Positions 9,711-18,856 of a DNA stretch of 64,000 nt are shown here, in pieces (position 1 is the stretch's first letter; the number at the start of each line of letters is the position of its first letter). Origin of the DNA: an uncultured Acidobacteriota bacterium (GTDB taxonomy: Bacteria > Acidobacteriota > Vicinamibacteria > Vicinamibacterales > CAVPJW01); assembly GCA_963826865.1 (NCBI GenBank), contig CAWGYQ010000009.1:14570-78569 (forward strand), written 5' to 3'. Both the position numbers and the translations under genes were made by a program. The notes under the pieces are model-generated. The model was not told where the DNA came from, did not search any database, and worked only from the letters and a program-made list of their open reading frames with translations.

Positions 9711-10625
9711 ATGCGGATCGCCATGACCGGCGGCACGGGCTTCCTCGGCACACACCTCTCCCACGCGCTGATCGCCGGCGGCCACGACGTGGTCGTCCTC
9801 ACGCGCCGCATCACGGCGACGAAGCGCCCCGGCCTCACGTACCGAACGTGGCAACCCGATCGCGGCATCGCTCAGCTCCTGCCGGTACTCACCGGCGCTG
9901 ACGCCATCGTCAACCTCGCGGGCGAGTCGATCGCGTCCGGTCGCTGGACGAGGTCCAGAAAACAGAGCCTGCGGGACAGCCGCGTGCAGACGACACGCCT
10001 GCTCGTCGAAGCCGCGCGCGCGCTGCCATCGCCGCCACGTGTCTGGCTCAACGGCTCAGCGATCGGCTACTACGGCTCGCGCGGGGACGAGCGGCTGACC
10101 GAGGATTCGCGGCCGGGCCACGATTTTCTCTCGAGTCTGGCCATGGAATGGGAAGCGGCCGCATCCGCGGCCGGCGACTTTGCCAGGGTGGTGCTGATCA
10201 GGACCGGCATCGTGCTCGATGCCCGTGAGGGCGCCCTGCCGCGGATGCTGCTGCCCTTCCGACTGTTCGTGGGTGGCCCGCTCGGGTCGGGCGAGCAGTA
10301 CATGTCATGGATTCATCGCGACGATTGGATCGCGCTCGCCGTTCTTGCGCTCGAACGTGGCGTGTCCGGTCCGCTCAATGCCACCAGTCCAGAGCCGGTC
10401 ACGAATGCGGAGTTCAGCCGCACGCTGGCCCGTGTCCTCCATCGACCCAGCCTGCTGCCGGCGCCGGCGTTCGCGCTTCGCCTGCTGCTCGGCGAAACAG
10501 CCGATGCCCTGCTGCTCGCCAGTCAACGCGTGCTGCCCGCACGCGCCGAACAGCTCGGATTCGAGTTTGGATTTCGCGAGCTGGAACTGGCGTTGCGATC
10601 AGTCCTGGGGAGAACCAGCGGGTAG
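9711..10625 (+). CDS. TIGR01777/YfcH-like NAD-dependent epimerase/dehydratase family protein (with DUF1731-type C-terminus)
   Basis: MRIAMTGGTGFLGTHLSHALIAGGHDVVVLTRR Rossmann motif. The long ORF 8763..10625 is trimmed because its 5' part is antisense to tetR/hlyD. An alternative ATG lies at 9702. Confidence 0.8.
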   Translation: MRIAMTGGTGFLGTHLSHALIAGGHDVVVLTRRITATKRPGLTYRTWQPDRGIAQLLPVLTGADAIVNLAGESIASGRWTRSRKQSLRDSRVQTTRLLVEAARALPSPPRVWLNGSAIGYYGSRGDERLTEDSRPGHDFLSSLAMEWEAAASAAGDFARVVLIRTGIVLDAREGALPRMLLPFRLFVGGPLGSGEQYMSWIHRDDWIALAVLALERGVSGPLNATSPEPVTNAEFSRTLARVLHRPSLLPAPAFALRLLLGETADALLLASQRVLPARAEQLGFEFGFRELELALRSVLGRTSG

Positions 10626-10634
10626 CGGGCGCGA

Positions 10635-11453
10635 CTAGGCCGTGCGCGAAGGTGTCCCGATGAGATACCGCGGGCCCGTCGGGGCGGGCACGCCGCCTTC
10701 GGGCTCGATCGTCAGCGCCATGGCGAGCGGCTGTGGCAGATCGGGCGGCGTCTGGAAGGTCACCGAGACGTTGCCCGACGGATCGGGTTGCACCAGCCCG
10801 GCGCTGATCGGCGCCTGCGCCGTCACCACCCACAGCTGATACGTGCGGCCGGGCGGCAGAGCAGGAAGGTTCGAGGCCGTGAACACCAAACCTCGGGATC
10901 GGCTCCAGTAGGCACGTCCGCTGGCCGTCGGGGCGGCGGGTTCGCCGACGAGATCGACGCGCGCCAGATCGGGTGACATCAGGATGTCCAGGTGAGCCTG
11001 GGCGATCCTCGTATCGCGGCGCGCGTCCGCGACTTGAGCCTCGAGAGCCTCGGCGCGCGCGGTGACGTCTCTGAGGCGGCCTTCGAGGTCGCCGATGCGC
11101 TGCTGCCGATCCCACGTCGCGTAGCCGAGCGCCGCGGCCAGCAGCAATCCGGCGGCTGCGGCCAGCCAGCCGGCTCGCGACCCGGAGTTCGTTTGGGGAC
11201 GGCTCGCCGGTTCTTCGGGTTGGTCGCCGACGACAGCTCTCAAGACCCGCTTGCGAAGTTCGGAGGGTGGCGCGACGGCAGGAACGGCCTGCGCCAGACC
11301 TTGTACGACTGGCGCGAAAGACCCCACTTCCTGGCGGCACTCGGCGCACACACGCAGGTGAGCGTCGAACAACGCACGGTCTTCGAGGCTGAGCGCGCCC
11401 AGCACATAGAGGCCGCTCAGCTCGTGAAGTGCTTCGTGCTCGGGCACGCTCAT
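10635..11453 (-). CDS. Anti-sigma factor (zf-HC2 N-terminus, single TM, RskA-like C-terminal domain)
   Basis: HLRVCAECRQEV (H-x3-C-x2-C), central TM WLAAAAGLLLAAALGYA. C-terminal motifs GRAYWS...YQLWVV...FAVTLEP-like (AMALTIEPEGG). 4-nt overlap with the sigma gene. Confidence 0.75.
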   Translation of the reverse strand: MSVPEHEALHELSGLYVLGALSLEDRALFDAHLRVCAECRQEVGSFAPVVQGLAQAVPAVAPPSELRKRVLRAVVGDQPEEPASRPQTNSGSRAGWLAAAAGLLLAAALGYATWDRQQRIGDLEGRLRDVTARAEALEAQVADARRDTRIAQAHLDILMSPDLARVDLVGEPAAPTASGRAYWSRSRGLVFTASNLPALPPGRTYQLWVVTAQAPISAGLVQPDPSGNVSVTFQTPPDLPQPLAMALTIEPEGGVPAPTGPRYLIGTPSRTA

Positions 11454-12073
11454 GCCTCGGCTCCTGCCAGCGTTTCCCGCAGCTTCAGCAGCGCCAGTCG
11501 CATCCGCGTCTTGACGGTGCCGAGCGGCTGCTCGAGCCGCTCGGCGATCTCACTCTGACTGAGGCCCTCGTAATAGGCCAGCTCGATGGCGATTCGCTGC
11601 AGGAGCGGCAGGCGTTCGAGGGCCGTCCGGACACGTGCCGCCTGCTCGTGGCTCACGAGCAGCAGATCCTGTGACGGCAGCGGATCGCGAAGGGCACCCA
11701 GCTCGCGCTCGTCCGCGGTCGTTCGTTCCGGGCGCGCGCGACGCGCACGCAAGCGGTCGATCGCGCGGCTGCGCGCGATGGTCAATAGCCAGGCTCCAAC
11801 CGCGCCGCGAGAGGCATCGTGACGGCCAGCCTGCGACCAGGCCTGCGAAAAGACTTCCTGCACGACGTCCTCGGCATCGCCCTGGTTCTGGACGATTCGA
11901 AACACCAGTGAGTAAACCGCTCGTTCATGGCGATCGTAGAGAGACGTGAGCGCGTCAGCCTCGCCCGCCGCCACCCGGCGGATCAGATCTTCATCGACGC
12001 GCCGCTCCTCAGGTCCCTGACGGTGGGAACCGGGCACACCACCCCAGCGGTCCAAGACCGCCCACATCCACAT
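11450..12073 (-). CDS. ECF-type RNA polymerase sigma-70 family factor
   Basis: Region 2 (DAEDVVQEVFSQAW) and region 4 HTH (LSQSEIAERLEQPLGTVKTRMRLALLKLR). The true start may be the internal GTG near 12037. Confidence 0.85.
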   Translation of the reverse strand: MWMWAVLDRWGGVPGSHRQGPEERRVDEDLIRRVAAGEADALTSLYDRHERAVYSLVFRIVQNQGDAEDVVQEVFSQAWSQAGRHDASRGAVGAWLLTIARSRAIDRLRARRARPERTTADERELGALRDPLPSQDLLLVSHEQAARVRTALERLPLLQRIAIELAYYEGLSQSEIAERLEQPLGTVKTRMRLALLKLRETLAGAEA

Positions 12074-12189
12074 CTACATGTGCTACGCATGAACCGCGCC
12101 AGCGGTTCTGCTGCCGGCGCCGGGCCTGCGTGCTCCTCCAACCCTTGTCGCCCCGCGGTGCCTCCCGCGGCGGCGCGACGATCTGACGG

Positions 12190-12882
12190 CTACGAGGCGC
12201 TTCGACTGTATCTCTGCAGCGTGGCGCGCCACCGGGACACCGGTTCGGGAGCGCCACCCTGATGATCGAGCACGATGTGGCGTGTGCGATATCTGACACC
12301 GTAGAAGCGCTCGTTCGCGTCCTGGTCCTGGCGTATCGCGGCCCCTTCCAGACTCACACCTGCAAACAATCCCCGCGACCTCGAGTAGCTCAGCATCTCC
12401 GCCCTCAGTTGAATATCCGTCGAGGCTTCGGCTTCCCGTCCGACCGGCCCTGCGGCCACCGAGGCGTCGGCTCCGATCTTGAACTGGTTGCTGAGCAGGT
12501 TCTCGAGCCCGCGGCGATTCTGAATGATCAGCACGAAGTCGGTCGCCTGTCCACCCACCTGCAAGCCGATGCTGCCGCCGGTGATCGTGAGGAACGCAGG
12601 AGCCGACCAGTTGTTGCTCGGCCGATCGCGCACGCTGACGATGCCCCGACCGAAGTGCGCGGCCAGGATGAACCCGCCTTTGAGCGTACCGGGAAAGATC
12701 GCGATGGCCTCGGCCTTGGCCAGAACGCTCGCAGGAATGCCTTTGTCGGGCGCGGCCATGATTTCGGCGAACACGGTGCTCGCTTCGTCGATACGGTCGG
12801 CTTCGTCGGACTGCGCCAGAAGCAGTCCGGATTGAACCATCGAGCATATCAACACCGCCGCCGACGTCTTCAGATGTCGCAT
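12190..12882 (-). CDS. Secreted SYLF/Ysc84 (DUF500) lipid-binding-domain protein
   Basis: Signal peptide MRHLKTSAAVLICSMVQSGLLLAQS. Repetitive glycine-rich beta motifs GGSIGLQVGG, GADASVAAGPVGR, SRSRGLFAGVSLEGA typical of the SYLF domain. Confidence 0.7.
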   Translation of the reverse strand: MRHLKTSAAVLICSMVQSGLLLAQSDEADRIDEASTVFAEIMAAPDKGIPASVLAKAEAIAIFPGTLKGGFILAAHFGRGIVSVRDRPSNNWSAPAFLTITGGSIGLQVGGQATDFVLIIQNRRGLENLLSNQFKIGADASVAAGPVGREAEASTDIQLRAEMLSYSRSRGLFAGVSLEGAAIRQDQDANERFYGVRYRTRHIVLDHQGGAPEPVSRWRATLQRYSRSAS

Positions 12883-12972
12883 GAGTCGCTCATCTCTCCT
12901 CGCTCGGTCGGTCGCGCTTCGGGACTCGACCGGTGGCGCGACGCGCGAGTTCAGGTCGACGCGGTCACACCC

Positions 12973-13956
12973 TCAGTAGGCCATGAGCTGTCTGAGGGCA
13001 TTGGTGATGGTGTCGGCGTTCGGCAGATTGTGCTGCTCGAGAGCCGCGGCGAATGGACAGTGCGTGTCGGGATAGGTCACACGCAGAATCGGCGCATCGA
13101 GCGCATCGAACCGCTCCTCAGAAATCGCAGCCGACAGTTCGGCGCCAAAGCCGAGCGTTCGAACGTCCTCGTGAACGATCAGCACCCGGCTGGTCTTCTC
13201 GACCGACGCGAACACCGCGCTCTTGTCCCAGGGCATGAGCGAGCGCAGATCGAGCAGCTCGACCTCGACCCCCTCTTTCGACAACCGCTCGCAGGCTTCG
13301 AGCGACGGCTGGACCATCGCTCCGTAGGTCAGCACCGTGGCCTGGCGTCCTTCGCGGCGCACCGCCGCCACTCCAATCGGAACGATTTCGTCACCTTCAG
13401 GAACAGGTCCCTTGGCGCGACGGTACAGATACTTGTGCTCGAAGTAGACCACCGGGTTGTCGTCTCGAATCGCCGCCTTGAGCAGGCCCTTGGCGTCCCA
13501 CGGTGTCGACGGCGCCACGACCTTGAGTCCCGGGCGGTGGACGAACCAGGCTTCGGGATTCTGCGAATGATAGAGACCGCCACCCACATTGCCGCCAGAC
13601 GGCGCGCGAATCACGAGGGGCACCGACGCCCGGCCACCGTATCGGTACCTCAGGGTCGCCGCCTGGTTCACGATCTGATCGAAGCCGCAGCTGATGAAAT
13701 CCGCGAATTGCATCTCCGCGACCGGACGATAGCCGCGGAGCGATGCCCCGATGCTCACGCCGACAATGGCCGACTCTGAGATCGGCGTGTCGAGACACCT
13801 CAGCTCGCCGAACTCGTCGAACAGACCCTGCGTGACGCCGAACGCGCCGCCGTAAGCGCCCACGTCCTCGCCGAGCACCAGAACCTTGGCGTCGCGCCGC
13901 ATCTCCTCGATGAGCGCTTCACGAATCGCTTCCAGATAGGTGATCTCGCGAGCCAT
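12973..13956 (-). CDS. 2-oxoacid (pyruvate/branched-chain) dehydrogenase E1 component, beta subunit
   Basis: MAREITYLEAIREALIEEMRRDAKVLVLGEDVGAYGGAFGVTQGL..., 327 aa, directly downstream of the alpha subunit. Confidence 0.9.
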   Translation of the reverse strand: MAREITYLEAIREALIEEMRRDAKVLVLGEDVGAYGGAFGVTQGLFDEFGELRCLDTPISESAIVGVSIGASLRGYRPVAEMQFADFISCGFDQIVNQAATLRYRYGGRASVPLVIRAPSGGNVGGGLYHSQNPEAWFVHRPGLKVVAPSTPWDAKGLLKAAIRDDNPVVYFEHKYLYRRAKGPVPEGDEIVPIGVAAVRREGRQATVLTYGAMVQPSLEACERLSKEGVEVELLDLRSLMPWDKSAVFASVEKTSRVLIVHEDVRTLGFGAELSAAISEERFDALDAPILRVTYPDTHCPFAAALEQHNLPNADTITNALRQLMAY

Positions 13957-13964
13957 CGCTGAAC

Positions 13965-14948
13965 CTACGCGTAGAGATCGGCGACCGCGTCCGAGGGATC
14001 CGGGTCCGGGCTCTTCTCGGCGAATTCCACGGCCTCGTCAATCACCGACGTGATGCGGCGGTCGATCTCCTCGAGCTTCTCGGGCACCAGGATTTTCATG
14101 GTCTGCAGGTACGTCGTAAAGGTCGGAATGGGGTCGCGGCTCTTCCACATCGCGAGCTCCTCTTCCGTACGGTAAAAGGCCTTGTCGTGCTCGGAATGGC
14201 CGTGCCAGCGGTACGTCTTGCACTCGATGAGCGTCGGCCCTTCACCCTGACGCGCCCGCCGCAGTGCGCCCTGCATGGTCTGGTACACAGCGAGCACGTC
14301 GTTGCCGTTGATCGCCACGCCGTCGAAGCCGTAGCTCTCGGCGCGGTCGGCGACATCTTCGATGGCCATCGACTTCTCGAAGGGCACCGAGTACGCGTAG
14401 AGGTTGTTCTCGCAGATGAAGACGATCGGCAGCCGATGAACACCGGCGAAATTGAGGCCCTCGTGAAAGTCGCCGGTGTTGCTGGCGCCCTCGCCGAAAT
14501 ACGCGACCACGACGTTGTCGCTGTGCTCGATCTTCAAGGTGAGACCGAGGCCCGCGGCCACGGGCAGGTTCGCGCCGAGCATGCTGGTGTTGCCGAAGAT
14601 GCCGAGCTCCGGCACGCCGCTGTGCAGGGCCGAATCGCGGCCCTTGGAGAGGCCCGTCGCCTTGCCGAACATCTGCGCCATCATGATCCGCGGCTCGACG
14701 CCCTTCATCAGGAACGCGCCGAGGTCGCGGTGGAGAGGACAGACATGGTCCTCAGGCCGCAGACTGAAACAGCTGCCGACGATGATCGCTTCCTGGCCGA
14801 TGCCGGTGTAGACGCCGCTGCGGACCTTACCCTGCCGCACGAGCACGCTGAGCCGCTCGTCGAAGCCACGGATCAGCTTCAGCCAATACAGCATGTCCAG
14901 CTGCTGTTCTGGCGTCAGCTTGAACTTCGTGCGTTTGATCGACGGCAT
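13965..14948 (-). CDS. 2-oxoacid dehydrogenase E1 component, alpha subunit (TPP-dependent)
   Basis: TPP motif GEGASNTGDFHEGLNFAGVHRLPIVFICENNLYA; RWHGHSEHD. Confidence 0.9.
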   Translation of the reverse strand: MPSIKRTKFKLTPEQQLDMLYWLKLIRGFDERLSVLVRQGKVRSGVYTGIGQEAIIVGSCFSLRPEDHVCPLHRDLGAFLMKGVEPRIMMAQMFGKATGLSKGRDSALHSGVPELGIFGNTSMLGANLPVAAGLGLTLKIEHSDNVVVAYFGEGASNTGDFHEGLNFAGVHRLPIVFICENNLYAYSVPFEKSMAIEDVADRAESYGFDGVAINGNDVLAVYQTMQGALRRARQGEGPTLIECKTYRWHGHSEHDKAFYRTEEELAMWKSRDPIPTFTTYLQTMKILVPEKLEEIDRRITSVIDEAVEFAEKSPDPDPSDAVADLYA

Positions 14949-15026
14949 GACAGAAGCCGTAGTCTAACACCGGCGTTGTCGGATTCGACCGGTCCTCCAT
15001 CCCCTGTTCCGGGAGCAGGACGACCG

Positions 15027-15449
15027 TTACAGCTGCGCCAGATCGAGCGAGCTGATGAACTGCACACCCGGGACGACGAGCCCGGCGAGCCGGTCGTCGT
15101 GCGCGACGAACAGATCGACGCCGATCTGGGCGGCAGCCGCAAGTTGCAGGGCGTCGGCAGGACCGACGGCGGCATGTTGGCGGATCGCCGCGAAGCGTCG
15201 GGCCACGTGCTGGTCAATCGACACGATGGAGGCGCCCAGTGTGACGGCTCGCTCGTAGGCCTCGACGAGGGCGGCGTCACGGGCCTCGATCGGCTTGACC
15301 AGCAACTCGCCCCACGTCAGCGCGGAGGTGAACAACTGATCGTGGCGAGCGAGCATGCGGCGACGGAGCGTGGCCACTTTTGATCCGAGCCGCGGCGTAT
15401 CCTCGAAGAGGTAGAGGAAGAGATGCGTGTCCCAGAAGATGCGGCTCAT
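15027..15449 (-). CDS. vapC: Type II toxin-antitoxin system VapC-family PIN-domain toxin
   Basis: 140 aa. PIN-like layout: FWDTHLFLY (first acidic residue), TWGELL, DALQLAAA, VAHDDRL. The ATGA overlap with the upstream gene (15446-15449) is typical of TA pairs. Confidence 0.8.
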   Translation of the reverse strand: MSRIFWDTHLFLYLFEDTPRLGSKVATLRRRMLARHDQLFTSALTWGELLVKPIEARDAALVEAYERAVTLGASIVSIDQHVARRFAAIRQHAAVGPADALQLAAAAQIGVDLFVAHDDRLAGLVVPGVQFISSLDLAQL

Positions 15450-15934
15450 TGCCAGGAGTCGCGGAGGCGGCGGATGTGATCGTCGGGATGCTCCGTGCCG
15501 GCCACGTGCCGTCCTGCGGCGCGAGCCGCCAGGAGAGGATCGTCCGCCGCGCCCTGTCTGATGTCGGCCGCGTGGGCGAACGCCCCGTAGTACCAGTCGA
15601 TCAGGTCCTGATAGGCGGCAGGCAACGCATCCCGAAGCGGGATGGTTTTCGACCCGTCCCGGCGCGGGTCGAACGGGTCACCTGGACGAAAGAGGCGCCG
15701 TCGGTTCCGGGCCGTCGCAGTCAGGAGCCGCCATCGTCCCGGACTGGGCGGCAGGTTCGCCACGCAGTGCTGGACAACGCTGACGTAGACGCCGGGCCGG
15801 ACAGAGCCATGAACGCCCTGCCGGGCGACGCGGGCAAGAATGTCGGCGACAGAAAAATCAATCGCCTCCGGTTGCTCGCGGTGCAGAAGGGCGGTGGCGA
15901 CCCACACTTCGTCTGCCACCCGGATTGGCCGCAT
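15446..15934 (-). CDS. Hypothetical protein, putative atypical (162-aa) antitoxin partner of VapC
   Basis: Translationally coupled upstream of vapC. The C-terminal tail (DPLLAARAAGRHVAGTEHPDDHIRRLRDSW) resembles tails of short PIN-associated antitoxins. The ~110-aa N-terminal domain is not recognised. Confidence 0.45.
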   Translation of the reverse strand: MRPIRVADEVWVATALLHREQPEAIDFSVADILARVARQGVHGSVRPGVYVSVVQHCVANLPPSPGRWRLLTATARNRRRLFRPGDPFDPRRDGSKTIPLRDALPAAYQDLIDWYYGAFAHAADIRQGAADDPLLAARAAGRHVAGTEHPDDHIRRLRDSWQ

Positions 15935-15975
15935 GTCCTACTAAGTAAAGATACTATATTATTTGGCCACTACAG
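15935..15975 (-). promoter_or_regulatory. AT-rich putative promoter/operator of the TA pair
   Basis: Minus-strand CCAAATAATATAGTATCTTTACTTAGTAGGAC-ATG. TATAGT is a -10-like hexamer, and TACTA is repeated 13 nt apart. This is a conspicuous AT island in GC-rich DNA. Confidence 0.35.
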
Positions 15976-16017
15976 GCGAGCCCTGAGAGTCGCGGACTTC
16001 TTCAAGCTTCGATCGCG

Positions 16018-18741
16018 CTATTGACCTGGTTGCGCAGCCCGGGTGGAAGGGGTGCCCAGGCTCAGCAGATTGGCCAGCAACTGGTAGGCGCCGTCGGTGC
16101 CCGCGGGCAGCTGCCGCCACAGTCCGAGACCCACGTAGAGCCATCGGCCCCGCCCAATGCGGGCCTCGACCAACGCTCCCCGTTTCGGCCCCCGATTGTT
16201 CTCGAACGGATCGCTCATCTCCACGAGATCCACATACTGCCGATCCTTCTCGCCCAGGAAATAGAGTCCCCGCTCCTGGACCCAGCCCTGCCAGGCGGCC
16301 TCGCCGATGCGATTGGGCGATTGAAACACCGGATGGTCGGGGACGAGCACACTGACCGGCGCGTTCTCATCCGTCACCCGGTTTGAGCTCACACTCGCGG
16401 GATAAGGGCCGTACTGCGCCTCGTTGAACTCGAACTTGTTGTACTGCACCAACACCACGCCACCGCCTCGCGCGTACTCCAGCAGCCGATGGTTGTGCGC
16501 ACGCAGGTCCTCGCGGCGCTCATACGCGCGAACGCCGACGACGATGGCATCGTAGCGGGCGAGATCACCCCAGGCGAGCTGTTCGGCATCGATCATCTCG
16601 AGCCTGACGCCCAGCTGCTCGATGGCTGGCGGAACCTGGTCGCCCACCCCCATCACGTACCCGACGCTCAGGTTCGGCCTCGCCTGGACGTCGACGAGCT
16701 TCATGGCCCCCGTCGCCTCGTGCATCACGTGGCGGCGCCGAATGTGCGGGTACTCGATCACCTGATACCCCGCGGCCAGCCACTCGCCGTCGACCCTCGC
16801 CATGGCGCGCATGCGGTATTCGCCAGGTGGCGTGGCAGCCGGAAGATCGACCGCAAAACGCACCGTCTGCGCTTCGTCCTCGCGCGAGAAGTTGAGGGGC
16901 ACCGAATCGGGCGTCGATCTCCAGCGGCCCGGCAGCTCCAGCTTCACCTCGCCGGAAGCCGGGCCGCGAACGCCGTTGGTCACCGTGACGCGGACCTCGC
17001 GGTGCACTTGCACATGTGAGTCCGGCCCACCTCGGTTCAGAAGGACCTCGCTGGTTGGTCGCGGGATAATCCCAACCTGTGGTGTCAGCCGCACGGCGAA
17101 TCGCGGCACCACGTGCAGCTCCGCGCGTTTTTCGCCGCTGAAGATATTGCCCTCATAGCGAAATTCGACGGGCAGCCTTGCGGGAACTTCGCTTCCGCCC
17201 ACGCTCAGCACAACGCGCGCCTGGAACGGCGTTGGACGAAACGGCAGGCCAAATGGCGCGTCGGGCTCGAACTCGTAGCGAGCCGCGTCAGACAACCGTT
17301 TCCAGTAAGGACCTGTTGGACGCGCATCTGCCGGTACACGCAAGTCCGCCTGGCAGTTGAAAACGGCGGCGTGCCCTAATGACGCGCCCACGCATGACGG
17401 GCCGGCAGCGTCGAATCCGTCGAAGTCCACGCGCCTGACCTCGACCGTGGCCGCTCCCCTGTTGGCGATGATGATCGTCGCCTTGATCGGCTGACCACCG
17501 ACGATCACGCCGTCGTCCGCCAACACCTCGAGCCGAAGGTTGGCCGCCGCGACGATGGCTTCCTCGAATTGTTGCTGCTTGGTCCCGAGTCGCGCGTCGA
17601 TCTCGAATTGGGCCGCCTCTTCCAGGCGCATCCGGGCCAGATCGGATCTGAGTGCGCGGACGGCCTCCAGCCCGGCGGCCAGCGGCGACATCACCGCGTC
17701 CATCCCGTCGTGTTCGAAGAGCGACTGTGCCCGCCGGGCGTGGCCCGCGATGACGGCAAGACCCTCGGTGAGCCCAACGGGCGGCGTTTGTCCGGCGTAG
17801 CGGCTCAGGCTTTCAATCGAGGTGTCGACGCCATCGAACAACGAGCGCTCGTCCTTGTCGGCCTGACCCGCAATCGTCGTGTCAGCGAGCAGGTAGCGCG
17901 AAACAGAGGACGTTCCGGGAAGCGCGAGCAGCTGCGCCATGCCCTGGCATTTGTGCATGCTGCGCGCGAAGCTGCCGAGCTCCTGGTAAGTCGAGCCGAG
18001 CAGCGCATCGTATTTGCTGGCGTCGATGGTGACGGACCGCACGCCGGAGGGAAGCTCTGCGCCCCGGCCGAAGCCCGCCGTCGTGTAGAGCTTTCGCGCC
18101 TGCCACGGCCTGAGACCGTCTCGAAGCTGCTCGGGAAACTGGGTCGGATCTCCGGCCGCCCGGAAGGCGTCTTTGGTGAGAAGCGCCGAGCCCTGATGGT
18201 GGAGCCCTCCGGCGGTTCCCACAAGGGCCATCGTCGCGATGACATCGGGACGCGTCATGCGAATCAGACGGACGAAGTCACCGAGAATCTCCTGGCGTCC
18301 CCATCGCTCGAAGGTCTCCTCGACGCTGAAGGAGTATCCGAAGTCCACGGCTCGCGTGAAATACTGTTCGGCGCCGTCCACACGATGCACGGCGGCGAGC
18401 TCCTCGGTTCGGAGCACACCCAGCTCCTCGAACAATTCCGGGCCGATCTCGTTCTGGCCACCGTCACCGCGCGTGGCCGTGGCGAGCACCGTTCGAAACC
18501 CCTGGCCACGCGAGAGCATCACCAGCAGGGCGTTGTTCTCATCGTCGGGGTGCGCCGTGGCCTGCATGAAGACGCCCACGGTGTTGAGACGGCGAAGCAG
18601 AAGGCCGAGGCCGACATGGCCGCCATCGTCCAGCGTCGCGGGCGGCGAGGGCCGAGCGGCGAGGGCTGCGGCCACGAGGGCCGCGGCGACGGCCAGCAGG
18701 AGGCACAGGATCGCCGCTCCGAACCGCACATTACGTCTCAT
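16018..18741 (-). CDS. Large (907 aa) secreted PIG-L/LmbE-family deacetylase with long C-terminal extension (GATase1/ThuA-like end)
   Basis: ORF trimmed to the ATG at 18741 (MRRNVRFGAAILCLLLAVAAALVAAALA signal). LmbE motif ATAHPDDENNALLVMLS...ATRGDGGQNE. C-terminal YDAIVVGVRAY...GGGVVLVQYNK. Confidence 0.75.
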   Translation of the reverse strand: MRRNVRFGAAILCLLLAVAAALVAAALAARPSPPATLDDGGHVGLGLLLRRLNTVGVFMQATAHPDDENNALLVMLSRGQGFRTVLATATRGDGGQNEIGPELFEELGVLRTEELAAVHRVDGAEQYFTRAVDFGYSFSVEETFERWGRQEILGDFVRLIRMTRPDVIATMALVGTAGGLHHQGSALLTKDAFRAAGDPTQFPEQLRDGLRPWQARKLYTTAGFGRGAELPSGVRSVTIDASKYDALLGSTYQELGSFARSMHKCQGMAQLLALPGTSSVSRYLLADTTIAGQADKDERSLFDGVDTSIESLSRYAGQTPPVGLTEGLAVIAGHARRAQSLFEHDGMDAVMSPLAAGLEAVRALRSDLARMRLEEAAQFEIDARLGTKQQQFEEAIVAAANLRLEVLADDGVIVGGQPIKATIIIANRGAATVEVRRVDFDGFDAAGPSCVGASLGHAAVFNCQADLRVPADARPTGPYWKRLSDAARYEFEPDAPFGLPFRPTPFQARVVLSVGGSEVPARLPVEFRYEGNIFSGEKRAELHVVPRFAVRLTPQVGIIPRPTSEVLLNRGGPDSHVQVHREVRVTVTNGVRGPASGEVKLELPGRWRSTPDSVPLNFSREDEAQTVRFAVDLPAATPPGEYRMRAMARVDGEWLAAGYQVIEYPHIRRRHVMHEATGAMKLVDVQARPNLSVGYVMGVGDQVPPAIEQLGVRLEMIDAEQLAWGDLARYDAIVVGVRAYERREDLRAHNHRLLEYARGGGVVLVQYNKFEFNEAQYGPYPASVSSNRVTDENAPVSVLVPDHPVFQSPNRIGEAAWQGWVQERGLYFLGEKDRQYVDLVEMSDPFENNRGPKRGALVEARIGRGRWLYVGLGLWRQLPAGTDGAYQLLANLLSLGTPSTRAAQPGQ

Positions 18742-18856
18742 AAGCGACCATGCGACGGGACTCGCCGAGAACGCGTGAGTCTCGTGACCAGAAAGTATAT
18801 AACGGCGTATTGGGCCTTGAATCGAGCCGTGAACAGGCCCTTCCCGGGAGGTTTGG

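Noticed and set aside
8763-10625. A 620-aa ORF extending the epimerase gene 950 nt upstream. Similar 5' over-extensions occur at 2411..3895, 4659..5657, 16018..18921, 36925..38637, 52516..53790 and 53556..55322.
   Set aside because: The extensions run antisense through, or overlap, other well-supported genes and lack motifs. Internal starts coincide with ATGA/GTGA coupling to the upstream stop, with signal peptides, or with the canonical family N-termini.
12262-13779. Very long ORFs antisense to, or out of frame with, recognisable genes. Examples: 12262..13779 +, 14187..15383 +, 17569..18894 +, 25188..27047 +, 37180..39474 -, 53568..55073 +, 59120..60652 +.
   Set aside because: Their translations are Arg/Ala/Gly/Pro-rich low-complexity strings with no recognisable motifs. 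Each is fully shadowed by a gene with clear family signatures on the other strand or frame. Stop codons are rare in GC-rich DNA, so such shadow ORFs are expected.
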